Assembly: GCF_036321535.1 (NCBI RefSeq)
Contig: NC_087437.1
Span: 106,332,001 to 106,396,000, forward strand
Direction of reading: 5' to 3'
From: Camelus dromedarius
Taxonomy: Eukaryota
Length of the DNA stretch: 64,000 bases
A program made the translations under genes and the position numbers. Below are positions 27,859 through 39,911 of this stretch, in pieces (positions within the stretch are counted from its first letter, which is position 1; each line of letters begins with the position of its first letter). The notes beneath the pieces were generated by a model. It was given only the letters and a program-made list of their open reading frames with translations, was not told where the DNA came from and searched no databases.

Positions 27859-28171
27859 TAAGAAATTTACCTCCTTTATAGTTAGTACCATTCCTTTATA
27901 ATAAAAAAAATACACACACACACACACACACACATATAATGGAGATAATATGTTCAGCTGGGACATTTATTTCAAGGTGGTTCCAAACTCTAGTCTCTTG
28001 TTTGTTTCAGCAATTTTCATAATGCATAGATATGGTGACTATTTCAAACTAAAGGCAATGAGAAATGTAAATATTTCTTTATAAAACGAAAAAATTCCAA
28101 GAAGATGCATTTGAAGGGTTACATTCCGGCTCATGAGTTCTTGTCAGTCGATTCTCCAGCTTTGTGTTGCT

Positions 28172-28199
28172 CTGTGTGTGTGTGTGTGTGTGTGTGTGT
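28172..28199. repeat. (TG)n microsatellite
   Basis: Visible run. A (CA)n run is also present at ~27912-27934. Confidence 0.95.
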
Positions 28200-28752
28200 T
28201 GGGAATGTATGTGGCATCTTACAGGGAGCTGTCGGTTTGGGGTCAGTGCCATCCATCCCTGCTATCTCCCAAATCAGTGGCAAACAGACTGGTTTCATGT
28301 TCTCCACGACAATAGACAAGTCCCTCCTGGGATGTTCTTCACTCGGCGCGGGGGGGGGGGGGGGCGGTGTACAAGAAAAATCCATTAAAAGTTTTGTGTT
28401 AAGCTTTCTTGCTTGTTGGCAGGAAGTGCCTTGGTTTTCTTGATTGAAGAAATGAAGGAAAAAACCTAAGGTGAAAAGTTCAAGGATCAATTTGCTATTC
28501 AGGTTGGAAAAGATTTATTTACAAGCATCACTTATGGCATCTCTAAGATTTTTCTGCTTATCTTACCATACTACTCATCTTACCATACTACTCTCTCCTC
28601 ATTCCAAAAAATAAGGAGAGAAACCCTTTGCAGACTGATGTCTGGGTTGTTTAGATACCCACTGGAGCCCCACTGCCAGCAAAATGATTGGGAATCACCG
28701 GGTCGTGTATGGCTGGGGCAGTGTGAGACTCCGGCCAATCAGAATTGAATCT

Positions 28753-28895
28753 CGGGGCGGGGGGAGGGTATAGCTCAGTGGTGGAGGGCGTGCCCAGCAT
28801 GCACAAGGTCCTAGGTTCAACCCCCGGTACCACCATTAATAAATAAATACACCTAATTACCTCCCCCAACAAAAAACAAAACAAAGCAAAACAAA
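28753..28895 (+). mobile_element. Vic-1-type SINE with 12-bp TSD
   Basis: tRNA-like head, (caaaa)n tail and perfect TSD agaattgaatct at 28741-28752 and 28896-28907. Confidence 0.92.
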
Positions 28896-31800
28896 AGAAT
28901 TGAATCTGAAAGGACTCCATGCTGGTAGTTGAGAACAGATAATTCCTTTTTGGAAGGCCTATAGTGTTTGTGAAGCTTTCTGAAGACTCCACTCTGCCAA
29001 AGGGAGAGTAAAGACAACAACTACCCTAGCCATCCGTGTCTGCCAGGTTTCTCTTTCTTTCCACGACAGGAAACATTATATTGGTTGTGGGTAAATTTCA
29101 GTAGTTTATCACAGTAAGGTGAGGAGACTCACCCACTGGGCTGCCAGAAGAAACATTCTCCAGCCTTGGTCTGTAAGTCCAGAACCTTCATTCTATTCCT
29201 CTCAAAACTTTGCCACTTTTAACCAAGAATTAGTTGTATCAGTGTTATGCTATTTTCTTTCCTTTAAATGAATCCACTCTTACATATGAACATTAAATGG
29301 ATTTTTGTTTAGCGAACCATTTGCCAGACTTAGCTGTAATTTTAGGAAATTTTAGGAAAGATTTAGAGGATGGTTCAGAGAATAAAATGTTATGCAAGAG
29401 ACATTAGATTGTTCGGGATAAGTCTCCGTGGAATTGAGGTCTATTATTGTCAAAATGATTAAACCAGCAACGGAAACATACATTAAAACAAAAAAATCAT
29501 GTAGTTCTGTGTCTGAAACCGCAAACAGCAAGGTGCTTTTTCATCCACTGCTGTCACGGGAATGTTTTCATCTTTTGCCGCTGGGCATTGAAATGCAAGT
29601 AATCCACCACCCACAAAACCCATTAGCATAAGCAATAAAAAATGAATGGTCAGATGACACAGTGATAGCATTGAAATTAGTTTAGTAAAATGTAGATATG
29701 ATGAGACTCTTGGGGTCAGAGCAGTTTGCATCATAATGGACTGAACTGTTTTGGACTTTAATTCTGGGTTCTTTTATAGATGGTTATTGTGCCTTTCTTT
29801 TTTTTTTTTAATAAAACATCTGTGTTCTGTTACTTTTTTGTTTTTTGGTTTTTTCCTCAAAGTTTTCTGATGTTAAAGTTTTGCCTACTGGCTATTACAG
29901 GGCAAAGAAAAAAAAACCCTCTAGCTCTCTTTTGAGTGAGTGAGAGAATTCTAATTGTTTCTCCTCTGCAACAGTAAAGGCTGCGGGAAAATGCTCCTCC
30001 ATCAGAGGCGTTAGGTCTTCTGTTGCCTTGACTTTGTCCCCATCCTTCTAGATAACTGCTGCGACGCACGCGCTTGCAGTCCTGACACGCAAAAGCTAAA
30101 CTGAGAATGTGCGCGCACCTCAGAGAGGCAGGGACAGCCACGGCGTCCTTCTGGCCAGCCGCTGAGATCCATGGTGCACCTGCAGCTCAACTGAGACCAC
30201 AACTTCTTCCTTTAAAAAAGTGGAGGGAGAATCTCACTATAATGTATATTTTCTTTCCTTATCTGCTTGTTCCTGAGTTTTTCCCTTTTAGACAAAAAAA
30301 ATAGTTAGAGCCAGAGTATTTTTAAAAAATTCCTTCCAGTAAAGTATTATTAGCGACTTCCAGTCCCAAGGTGGCCTTCTTGGCCTCTTCAACAATCTCA
30401 CACTCTGCTAAACATCACAGTGAAAACTGGGAACAAGAAACTCATTCTCTTGGCCCAGGGCAGGCATATTGGGGATGGAGTGGGGAATTTCATAGCGTGA
30501 AGATAACATAGGATAATTATCTCAGTCCCTACCCGTGTGGCCTATTGAGAGGTGATTTTTTAAAACTTATTAGCACCTTGAAGTTACTCTTTTTTGATAT
30601 AATTTGAAAATAACACATAATGTATTTAATGCAACTTGGTGGTGATTTAAGATAAAGTTGGCCTTGGCAGCCTAACACTTAACCATTGTGTAGAGTAACG
30701 CACACCTTATTCCATACAGTACCTGGGGACAAAACCAAATGATGCTTTTCAGCTCCCTCTCCCCCAGGGGTCATCTGGTGAGCTCCTCTAGGTGCTGTTG
30801 GGGAGGTTCCCTGACCCCCCACCCCGGGGGATGCTCTGCACTGTACCCCTGCGGGGGGAGCAGGGAAGCAGCAGCTGGGAGCTGTGTGCAGGAGACAGGG
30901 TAGAGTTTGGGGTGTCCAGACTTTCTTTGAAGGGAAGATGTTACAAGCTCTACTATGGAGTCTTGAGGGAGAAAAAGACATGGGTGTCCTTGAGAGCTGG
31001 TGGTGAGAGGTGGGAGGAACTGGACAGAGTCTTGGTTGTCTCACCATGAGCTGCAGGTAAGTCACCTCACATCGTTGGGCCTCAGTTTCCTGCTCAGAAA
31101 AATAAAGGGGGTTCATGTAAACAATCTCTAACATCCCTCACCTTTTTTTTTTCCTTTGTCTTATGTTTGGGCAAAACTTTGGTGACCAGGGTAAGACATA
31201 TATCTTGGGGACCTGAGAACAAGATTTTCATTTGTTTTTTTAAAGACAGCCAGAAAATCGAGTGGAATTCATTCCTTTTCTCTTGGAGTTAAAGATTCAA
31301 AATCTTTAGCCAGAAACATTTTTAGAAGCTCATGGAAGATTCCCTGGGGCAGGCCCTGCGTGCATGTTGGCCTCTGTCAAGGAATGCCCAGAAGGGACAG
31401 TGCTGACGTCTCTGCTGGGAGTCCAGCAGAGATTTGGGATTATCTTTGGGTTTGCAGAAGATTCTTCTTCCGTATATGCAGTTTTTATGAGTGATCTAAG
31501 TTTGAAATGAGCCAAGAGACACCAGACATGTGATTATAAATCTACGCTGAAATTGGCCAGGTGTGGTCTCCAGGAACCCATCATTCTGAGGCTGATTTCC
31601 TTGTAGACAATTTTGCTTTCTCAATTCTTAAAGCTTATTAAAGATTCTATACGGTACGTGCCTTTGGTTGGATCCTCCCAAGGAGTTTCTGTTTCTCTGA
31701 GTTTGTCATTTTCCTCTCTCCTATTAAGTAGTTATATTTCATGGAGCAATTCACCGAAGCTTTTATAATAATTACTAAGCTGAAGCAAAATTCTTCAATA

Positions 31801-32081
31801 ATAGGTGTAATTTTCATCAAACGATTGCTTTCCTTTTCTTATTGCTGGAGTTCTATCACTTGATGTGAGAGAATTGCTGGCCAGAGATAAAACCTGCTGG
31901 TTTGGAAAAACCAATAAAAATGATGGAGGCAGCCAAGGAGCTTGCTTTTTGATTCACAAGCTGACGAGAAGCCTATCTTCTCTGCCTGGCCCTCCCAGCC
32001 CATGTCCCCCAGACCCTCAGGGAGGAAACCTCCACGGGAAACAGACACAAGGATACAGATTTTATTTAAGCCCAGCCGATA

Positions 32082-32711
32082 TGATGCAGGAAAAACGGAT
32101 GTGGGCGTGAGGAGAGCCATGTCCTAGGGTTAGGTTGAGCCCATGGGATGTGCCCCCCCCCAAGTGTGGGTCCTTGTCTTCGCGCAGGAAAGAATTCAAG
32201 AGTGAGCCACAGTTGAGTGAAGGTAGATTTATCCAGAGAGACACATTGAAAGGCAAGAGAAAGGCCACGAGGTGGGGGGTTGGGTGCTCAGATTAGAGTA
32301 AAAGTAGGTACACACTCCATAGACAGAGTGCAGGCTGTCTCCGAAAGGGGGTGGGGGTGGGGTGGCAGTGGCAGCTACACTGTGTTGCCAGTTTTTATGG
32401 GCTTGGTGGCTTCATCTGCTAATAAGTGGAAGGACCAGTCTAACTAGCCTGGGGAAGGGGCTGGGTTTCCCAGTAAACTGGCCATTTCCCACTCTTTGAC
32501 CTTTTGTGGCTAGCCTTGGGACTGCCGTGGTGCCTGTGGGCACGTTATTCACTATGCTAATGTTACAGTGAGCATATAATGGAGCTCAAGGAAGTCAAAT
32601 CTCCCACCGTCTTGGGCCTCAAGGCCTACTGGGGGTTGAATCTTTTGCCATTCTGGTGTTAATTGTTGCGCTGTTCCTTGAATGGCTGTGCCCTGCCCCC
32701 TTCCCGTCTCA
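32082..32711 (-). mobile_element. ERV1-class solo LTR, same family as 673-1304
   Basis: Collinear with 673-1304 (tgatgcag...gttgagccc.tgggatgtgcccc...aagaatt.aagag.gagccac.gttgagt...gaatggctgt.ccctgccccc...gtctca). No matching TSD seen. Confidence 0.85.
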
Positions 32712-33568
32712 AACGTACTATGAAGACTATTTAAAACTATTTAGTCTACAAGTAGATCTTGAGAAAGGAAAATGAGATACACAGCTCTGTTTGTTCTCTC
32801 TAGTTCTATATAGTATTTGAGGAGGTGATTCCCCTTCCTCCCAGTTCTCCTCCTCTGTGTTAGTTGTCAAAGTGTGATGACTCAAATCCCTGCATTTACT
32901 TAATAAATACTCATTGAACAATCATCACGTGTGAGACACTCGTCTAGGCACTAAGGATTCATCAGTGAACAAGACAGACAAAAGTCCTGCCTTTAGGGTG
33001 TTTACACTGAGAAAAGGACAATAAGCAAATAGAGGCATAAAACGTATGAGCCAGGACGTGCCAAGAAGAAAAACGGCGGAGGGAAGGGGTGAAGGAAATG
33101 CTAGAGACAGCAAGGGAGTTTATGCTGAACTGGCTCGGCTAGGCACAACATCATCCAAACTGTGACATTTGATCAAAGACCTAAAGGAGACAAAGAAGTA
33201 AGATGGATGGTTAACCAGTGGCTCGTGACTTTTGACCTAAGCCATTAGAACAATGGACTTGTCATCTGCTGAGAAGGGAAACTCAAAAGTAGGAGCAAGA
33301 TGCCTGTAGTTTGATGTTGAAGGTGTCGTGTGAGATGTCTGTTAAATATTGAAATGGAGATGTCAGTAGACAACAGGGAATCTGGAGTTCAGGGGACAGG
33401 TCCAGATCGGAAAATATAAAAAGCTGCCCTACCCGAAGGAATTCAGCCACATCCTCTTCTGCCCCTAACAGTCTTTTGTTGCTAGTTAATTACACGAGGC
33501 AGATCAAAGCAGGAAGATGGGCATTACCTCTACTTATTGCAATAGAATATATAAATTTTTTTTTTGAA

Positions 33569-34030
33569 CGTAGTGGTTTTAAAACACGTCCACAGTTCTT
33601 TAATGTACTTCTCATCAAGAGATCGGGTTTACCTCCCCTCTCCTTGATCTGGGCAGGACCTGGGACTGCCTTGATGAATTAGCTGTGACAGAACTGATGT
33701 CATGGAACTTCTGAGACTAAAGCATAAAATGCAGTACAGTTTCTACTCTCTTATTTTGGTTGTTCACCCTTGGAACCCTGCCTCTGAGAAAGCCCAGGCT
33801 ACCTGAAGAGGCACATGTGGAGATTAACTGAGGCTTCTGGTCGACCTCCGAACTGACAGCCAGCACCAGCTTGCCAGCCATGTGAATGCGCCATCTTGGA
33901 AGCAGATCGTCCAGCCTTCAGTTGAGCTGGCCCTGTTGATGCCGTGTGGAGCAGAGCCCTACCCGAAGTGCAGATCTGTGGCAAAATAAAAATTGTTAGT
34001 GTACAAGCCACTGTCTGGGGTGGTAATGAT
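33569..34030 (+). mobile_element. MaLR LTR (MLT1F/G-like)
   Basis: gtagtggttttaaaacacgtccacagttcttt...cagccagcaccagcttgccagccatgtgaatgcgccatcttggaagcagat. A related copy lies at 53423-53957. Confidence 0.7.
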
Positions 34031-34644
34031 TACAGTCTTGAGAGTAGGACCACATCTTTTTTATTTTTAAACCATTGTATCCCCTTTGGCATTGGCTAAG
34101 TGCACACAATAGGCATCCAATAACTCTTTTACGTGAAAGAATGACCCAAGATGAAGCAGCTATAACCATCTCAAAAGAAAGGGAGGACAGTTTAGGATCC
34201 CTACGAAAGATTCCCAGTTTGGAGAAACAAAGTTCAGCTTTCAGAAAAACACAGTTCAGCGTAGTTAAAAGATTATAGTAGCTCTGGGGTAGGTAAAACA
34301 CGTTATCCAAGAATGCTTAGCCATCTGAGTAAATCTACTGACTATTAACGTGACTTAGTTTGGAAATTACTCTAAAAGCTGTGTGATATTAGAAATGAGG
34401 CATTGCCAGCTGGCTACAGGAAGAAGTTTTGTTGCTTTAATAGTTACAGTGGAGCATCATAGTCTGACTTGATCTGTAAATGTATTCTACAAAGTAAATA
34501 TATATAATCAAAGCAAGGATTAAATTAGTGATTTGTGCTCCAATTTTTCCTACATGCAGAAAATCTTAGCATGGTAGGGCCTTCGTGCTGGTGAGCAGGA
34601 GGCAGGGAATAAGAGCATGGCTTCAGAGACCTTTCTTTTTTTTT

Positions 34645-34985
34645 AAAGGTTTTTTAAATAATAGACTTTAGTTTTTAGAGAAGTTGGAAGGTTCACAGCA
34701 GAATTGAGCAAAAAATACTGACAGTTCGCACATAGCCCTCCCCACTCACGCGTATATACTCCCTACCCTCAACATCCCTCATCAGTGTGGCGTATTTGGT
34801 ACAATCGATGAACCAACATGGACACATTACTGTCAACCAAAGTCCATAGTTTACATTCGGGTTCACTCTTGATGTTGTACATTCTATGGGTTTTGACAAA
34901 TGCATAATGACATATAACCACCACTATAGCATCATACAGAATAATTTCATTGCCCTAAAAATCCCTTGTGCTCAATCTATTCATT
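34645..34985 (-). mobile_element. L1M-type 3' end fragment
   Basis: aatagacttta.tttttagag...ggttcacagcagaattgagc...tacaatcgatgaaccaacat...aaagtccatagtttacatt...gtacattctatgggttttgacaaatgcataatgac. Confidence 0.8.
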
Positions 34986-34989
34986 TATT

Positions 34990-35133
34990 TTTAAAAAATA
35001 TTTTTATGGAGGGAGGTCATTAGGTCTATTTATTTATTATTAATTATTATTTATTATTAGTTTAAAAAAATGAATCCAGGACCTTGTGCATGCTAAGCAT
35101 GCACTCTACCATTTGAGCTATACCCTCCCTCCT
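34990..35133 (-). mobile_element. Vic-1-type SINE with a small internal deletion
   Basis: ccaggaccttgtgcatgctaagcatgcactctaccatttgagctataccctccc plus ggaggtcattaggt(ttat)n tail. Confidence 0.85.
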
Positions 35134-37208
35134 CCTCAGGGACCTTTAGAGAGTCCTCTGCTAGAGAATTATTCCAGAGCAGCCAGCCTCATAGGGAGCT
35201 GATATGTGTACTGAGGTCCAGATTAGTCTCTCTTCGTTTGATTGGCAATACACGATATTACCCAAGACCCTCAGCTGTGTACTTCCAGAGGCACTCAACG
35301 TATATCGCTAGACGGCATTAAGACTTCCTTTTTTTGGCACGCAACTTGGTATTATGAATAAAGAGAGAATTAAAAAAACCCCTTCTACTTCTTGGACACT
35401 CTCCTGAGTAGTTAATCTTGGCCACTTACTACATATCAGACAGAGTTTTAAACACCTTACATCTATTAACAAGTCGAATCCTCATGACCCATCTATGAAG
35501 CACTATTATTATCTTACTTTACAAACGAAGAAACCAATGTAGAGACTGGCTCAAATCTGCATTCTTGAAGCAGATGCTAAACTGGCTTTTATTAAAAACA
35601 AAAACTAAGCAAAACATTAATTTGTAGTCAAAGATTATTTATAATAGTAAAATATTTCCAGAAGATGATGAATTAAATATCCTTATGCAGTCATTAAAAT
35701 GGTTATTTTAAGAGTTTTTAAAACGACATGAGACAATGCACCTATTAAAGCAAGGAAAAGCAGGAAATGGGCTCCAAGTTATGAAAGCAAAAGGCAAGGG
35801 AGGTAATTGCATGTTATTTAAAAATACTAAAAGTATATATGCAAAATATTAACAGTACTTCTCTGTGGATGGTGGGATTACGAGTGAATCCTTTTTCTTC
35901 CTATATTCTGTATTTTCTGCAAGTAGCATGCATTGCATTTATAGTCACAATGCTTGTTATTAAAGCAAAAATAGGAATCTGAGTCTGGAACTCAGGGAAA
36001 GGGTCTGGGTTTAAGCTATTGCTTTGTACACAAGTAATACTGAAATTTTCCAGGTGGCTGAGATTACACAGAGACAGTGTATAGAGGAGACACCTGAAGG
36101 CAGAGCCTTGGGGTCCACAAACACCCAAAGCAGTGTTTCGTATGACCTTTCCTGGCTTATGTAATCATTGGGGTGGGGGTGGAAGTTCTCACTCAAAATG
36201 CGGAGTCTGAATTTGGCCTCGTATTTCTCAGAATTAACATACAAAACAAGGAAAGAGTGGTGCAGCATTTTAAAGAAACTTAAGGATAAACAAGTTGCAT
36301 TTCAAGTTCCAAGGTCATCAAAATCCAGTTTTGTATCTGCTGGAACTCCAGGATGCTGTGCACACATGCTCTTACTGAGGAACTTACTGGAGGGTGAGCT
36401 TCACCCAATGCAAAGATGTCTGGGAACAAAGGACTGTCAGAGAGATTCCTCATATTCAACTGCAGGGCTAAGGCGCGAGAGGGTGAAGTTGTAGGTTGAA
36501 GAAAAACATTATGGACTGATAACGCAGAACAAACGCAACTGAAAAAATGAGAGAAGAGAGAGAAAAAAGGAGGAAAGAAGAGCAAGACTGTTGATTGTTG
36601 TATAGGTGATGGGTGGTGGGCAAAAAAATCATCTAGAAAAGGCAGATAGCAAGAGGCTAAGAAAAAAGGGATTAAGAGCACCACACACATAAAAATAGTT
36701 CAATAGTAACCACTAGAATAAAAATACAAAGCTTCCTATGAAACATGCACACTCACACACAAAACTCACACACCCTCATATGCATGCCAAGAGTCCTTCC
36801 CTCATAGAGACACAGTAAATATAATACACTCAGTCAGTCATAACATGAGATATGGAAGAACTAAAAGCCAGCGTAGCAGTCAGATCATAAAACTGAGTGG
36901 GTCCAACTTGTCTATTACAAGATTTTCAAATTGGCTCACATAGCAGAAACTCACTTCTGCGCTGTACGTGAGACATACACTTAAAACGCAGCAATTGGAA
37001 AAGCTATAAATAAAAAGCTCGGACAAAGATTTACTGAGCAAATGGAAACAGTAAGACAGCAGGGGTTGCAGTCCTGATAGCAAAGTAGACTTCAAGCCCA
37101 AAACAAAAGACAAACAGAAAAAACCACAGAGCTGTAAAATGACCCTTGAACAGATAAAGGAATCTCCAACTTCACTACTAAGAAGTAAGTGAATTAAAAC
37201 TATATTGG

Positions 37209-37970
37209 CCTTTTAATGATGGCCATTCTGACCAGTGTGAGGTGATACCTCATTGTAGTTTTGATTTGCATTTCTCTGCTAACTAGCGATATTGAGCATT
37301 TTTTCATGTGCCTATTGGCCATTTGTGTGTCTTCAGTGGAGAACTGCTTGTTTAGGTCTTCTGCCCATTTTTGGATTGGGTTGTTTGTTGTGTTTTTTTT
37401 GTGTGTGTTGTTGTTACTGAGTTGTATGAGCTGTTTGTACATTCTGGAAATTAAGCCCTTGTCAACTGCATCATCTGCAAATATTTTCTCCCATTCAGTA
37501 CATTGTCTTTTCGTTTTATATATGGTTTCCTTTGCTGTGCAAAAGCGTATACATTTAATTACATCCCATTTATTTATTTTTGTTTTTATTTCTGTTGCCT
37601 CAGTAGACTGCCCTTAGAGAACATTGCTGAGATTTATATCAGAGAATATTTTGCCTGTGTTCTCTTCTAGGAGATTTATGGTGTCTTGTCTTACACGTAG
37701 TCTCAGGCATAGAAAACAAACTTATGGTTACCAGGGAGGAGAGAGGGGAGGGATAAATTGGGAGTTTGGGATTTGCAGATACTATTATAATAAAATAGAT
37801 AAACAACAAGGTCCTCTGTACAGCACAGGGAACTATATTCAATATCTTATAGTATCCTGTAATGAAAAAGAACATGAAAAGGAATATACATATATGTATA
37901 ACTGAATCACTGTGCTGTACACAGAAATGAACACAACATTGTAAACCGACTGTACTTCAATTAAGAAAAA
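37209..37970. mobile_element. L1 with 5' inversion, inserted in an older L1M
   Basis: 37209 to ~37695 is minus-oriented ORF2 ([57 protein letters not shown]). ~37699-37970 is a plus-oriented 3' UTR with poly(A). TSD aaaa(c/t)tata(t/c)tgg. Confidence 0.85.
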
Positions 37971-38792
37971 AAAATTATACTGGGATGCCATTCCTCACCC
38001 ACGAGGTTGGCCAGGCCAAATTCTCTCAAAATCTCGTTTAACTTTGGTCTGGGTACTATTACTATAATTCTATTTGGTAATTCTTAAATTTTGTGTTCAT
38101 TATTTATTGATCAATCCCTGGACTATCTGGAGAATTCTTTCATCATACCTTAATTTTAGAATACGATTATAAAGCATTATTCTTTCCCCCCATAATTATA
38201 TATATGTATATATAATTTACATATATATGTGTCTGTGTTTAATTTTTTTCATTAGTTCTGAAATGATCAAAGCTAAAACTTGCAGCTCCTGGCCTTAAAG
38301 GCTGGCCTGGGAGTAACATCCTGTATGTGTGAGAAGGTTTGGTTTCATTTCATTAGTCATTTCATTACTTATATGAAGGCTTATTTCCCCCATTAGTTAC
38401 CTCTCTTTGGGTGAAAGCAAACGGAACTGTTGCTTATACACGTAAACTGTCACGTTTCGCATCTTCCTAGAGCAGTCATGTCTAATTGCCCTTAACAGGG
38501 CAAGGGAGACAAGCATTTTGTTCTCTTGAAAATAACACATCCAGATGAGTTTTATTGAGTCTGTGCATACTGCACAGTGACCTGAAGAAATGATTTTGAT
38601 GAATTTTCTGTGCTTTGTGTTTTAGTTTGAAAGTTGTGATCTAAGGCTAAAAGGTGCTGGTCGGTTCTCCTGTTCACCTGTTACCTAGCACAGGACAGCA
38701 GAAACACCAGGGTCAGGGGGTTCTTAGATCTTTGGAATGCCCAGGCTTCTCTAGCTAAAAATCATGTACACATAACACTGTTTTGGAATACA

Positions 38793-38998
38793 GAGCAAAG
38801 GTTCTCAAATGGGGATGATTTTGCCCCCTCTAAGGGACATCAGGCAATGTCTCGATGTCTTTATCGTAACTGGGGAGTACTATTGGCATGAAAAGGGTGG
38901 AGACCAGGGATGCTGTGGGACACCTTACAATGCTCGGGACAGCCCGTCAAACAAGGAACTACTCCTACAAAACAGCAACAGGGTTGAGAAACCCTGCT
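38793..38998. mobile_element. MER20 hAT element
   Basis: ggttctcaaatggggatgattttgcccc...gggacatcaggcaatgtct...gaccagggatgctg...gttgagaaaccctg. Confidence 0.75.
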
Positions 38999-39067
38999 TA
39001 TTGATGACTGTCCACTGATCATAATTTTTATTCCTCTGGAACTTCTCTCTTTGTACTTATCTGGGAC

Positions 39068-39405
39068 TGTTAGACAGTCTGTATGTCTGTGTCCCCCCAA
39101 ACTTCACATGTTGAAATCCTAAGGCCCAATGTAATGGCACTAGGAGGTGGGGCCGTTGGGTGATGAGCAGTCATGAGGGTGGAGGCCTCAGACACGGGAT
39201 TAGTGCAGTCCTCAGTGAGGTGCCGGAGAGGTCCCCGGCCCCTTCCACCACGTGAGGGTACCAGGAGAAGAGGGCCCCCACCTGACTGTGCCAGCACCCC
39301 GATCTCAGACTTCCAGCCTCCAAAACTGTGAGAAGTAAATGTCTGTTGTTTATCAGCCACTCAGTCTGAGACATTTTATTACCGTAACCAGAATGGACAA
39401 AGACA
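39068..39405 (+). mobile_element. MaLR LTR (MLT1A/MST-like)
   Basis: tgtt...gtgtccccccaaacttcacatgttgaaatccta...gatctcagacttccagcctccaaaactgtgagaa...agaca. Near-perfect 5-bp TSD gggac/gggtc. Confidence 0.8.
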
Positions 39406-39672
39406 GGGTCAAACTTGAGGACCAAGATACGGCCGCCAAATAGTTTGGATGGAGTGAAAACTGAATTAGGTCTATGAAGCACTCTACTTGCACTGGGAGG
39501 TGACTGTTGGCCCCAATTTCATCCCCAACTTGTAAGTGAGACACCATATAGGTGTGGGTGTTCAACATTAGGTACGTTAAAGGTTCTCACTCATCTTCGA
39601 TGACTCAATGATCAGAAGGTTGTTACCATGGAATCATGCACACCAGCACAATGGCGCTCCTCCAACAATGCC

Positions 39673-39678
39673 TTTATT
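39673..39678 (-). terminator. APP: APP distal poly(A) signal AATAAA
   Basis: Minus strand reads TTCATGTAAATAAAGGC, with a TGTA upstream element and a GT-rich tract (TTGTGCTGGTGTG) downstream. Position matches the human distal site. Confidence 0.85.
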
Positions 39679-39807
39679 TACATGAAAACACCATTTTATA
39701 CAAAGGGAAGTCAAATCTTGAAGGGTTTGTCCAGGCTTGTCTTCCCCATTCCCTGATTTTGTCCCTTCCACTTTCATCCTTTTTTGGTATCATAAATAAA
39801 GAGTTTT

Positions 39808-39911
39808 ATTGCTCTCTTTTTCTCTTTTCCCCCCTTACTGGAGGCACTGGGGGTTGAACCCAGGACCTCATGCATGCCAGGCACATGCTCTACCACTGAG
39901 CTATATCCAGC
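39808..39911 (-). mobile_element. Vic-1-type SINE in the APP 3' UTR (sense to APP)
   Basis: Minus strand CTGGATATAGCTCAGTGGTAGAGCATGTGCCTGGCATGCATGAGGTCCTGGGTTCAACCCCCAGTGCCTCCAG plus a purine-rich tail. TSD-like AAAAC(A/T)CTTTAT at 39914-39925 and 39796-39807. Confidence 0.9.
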
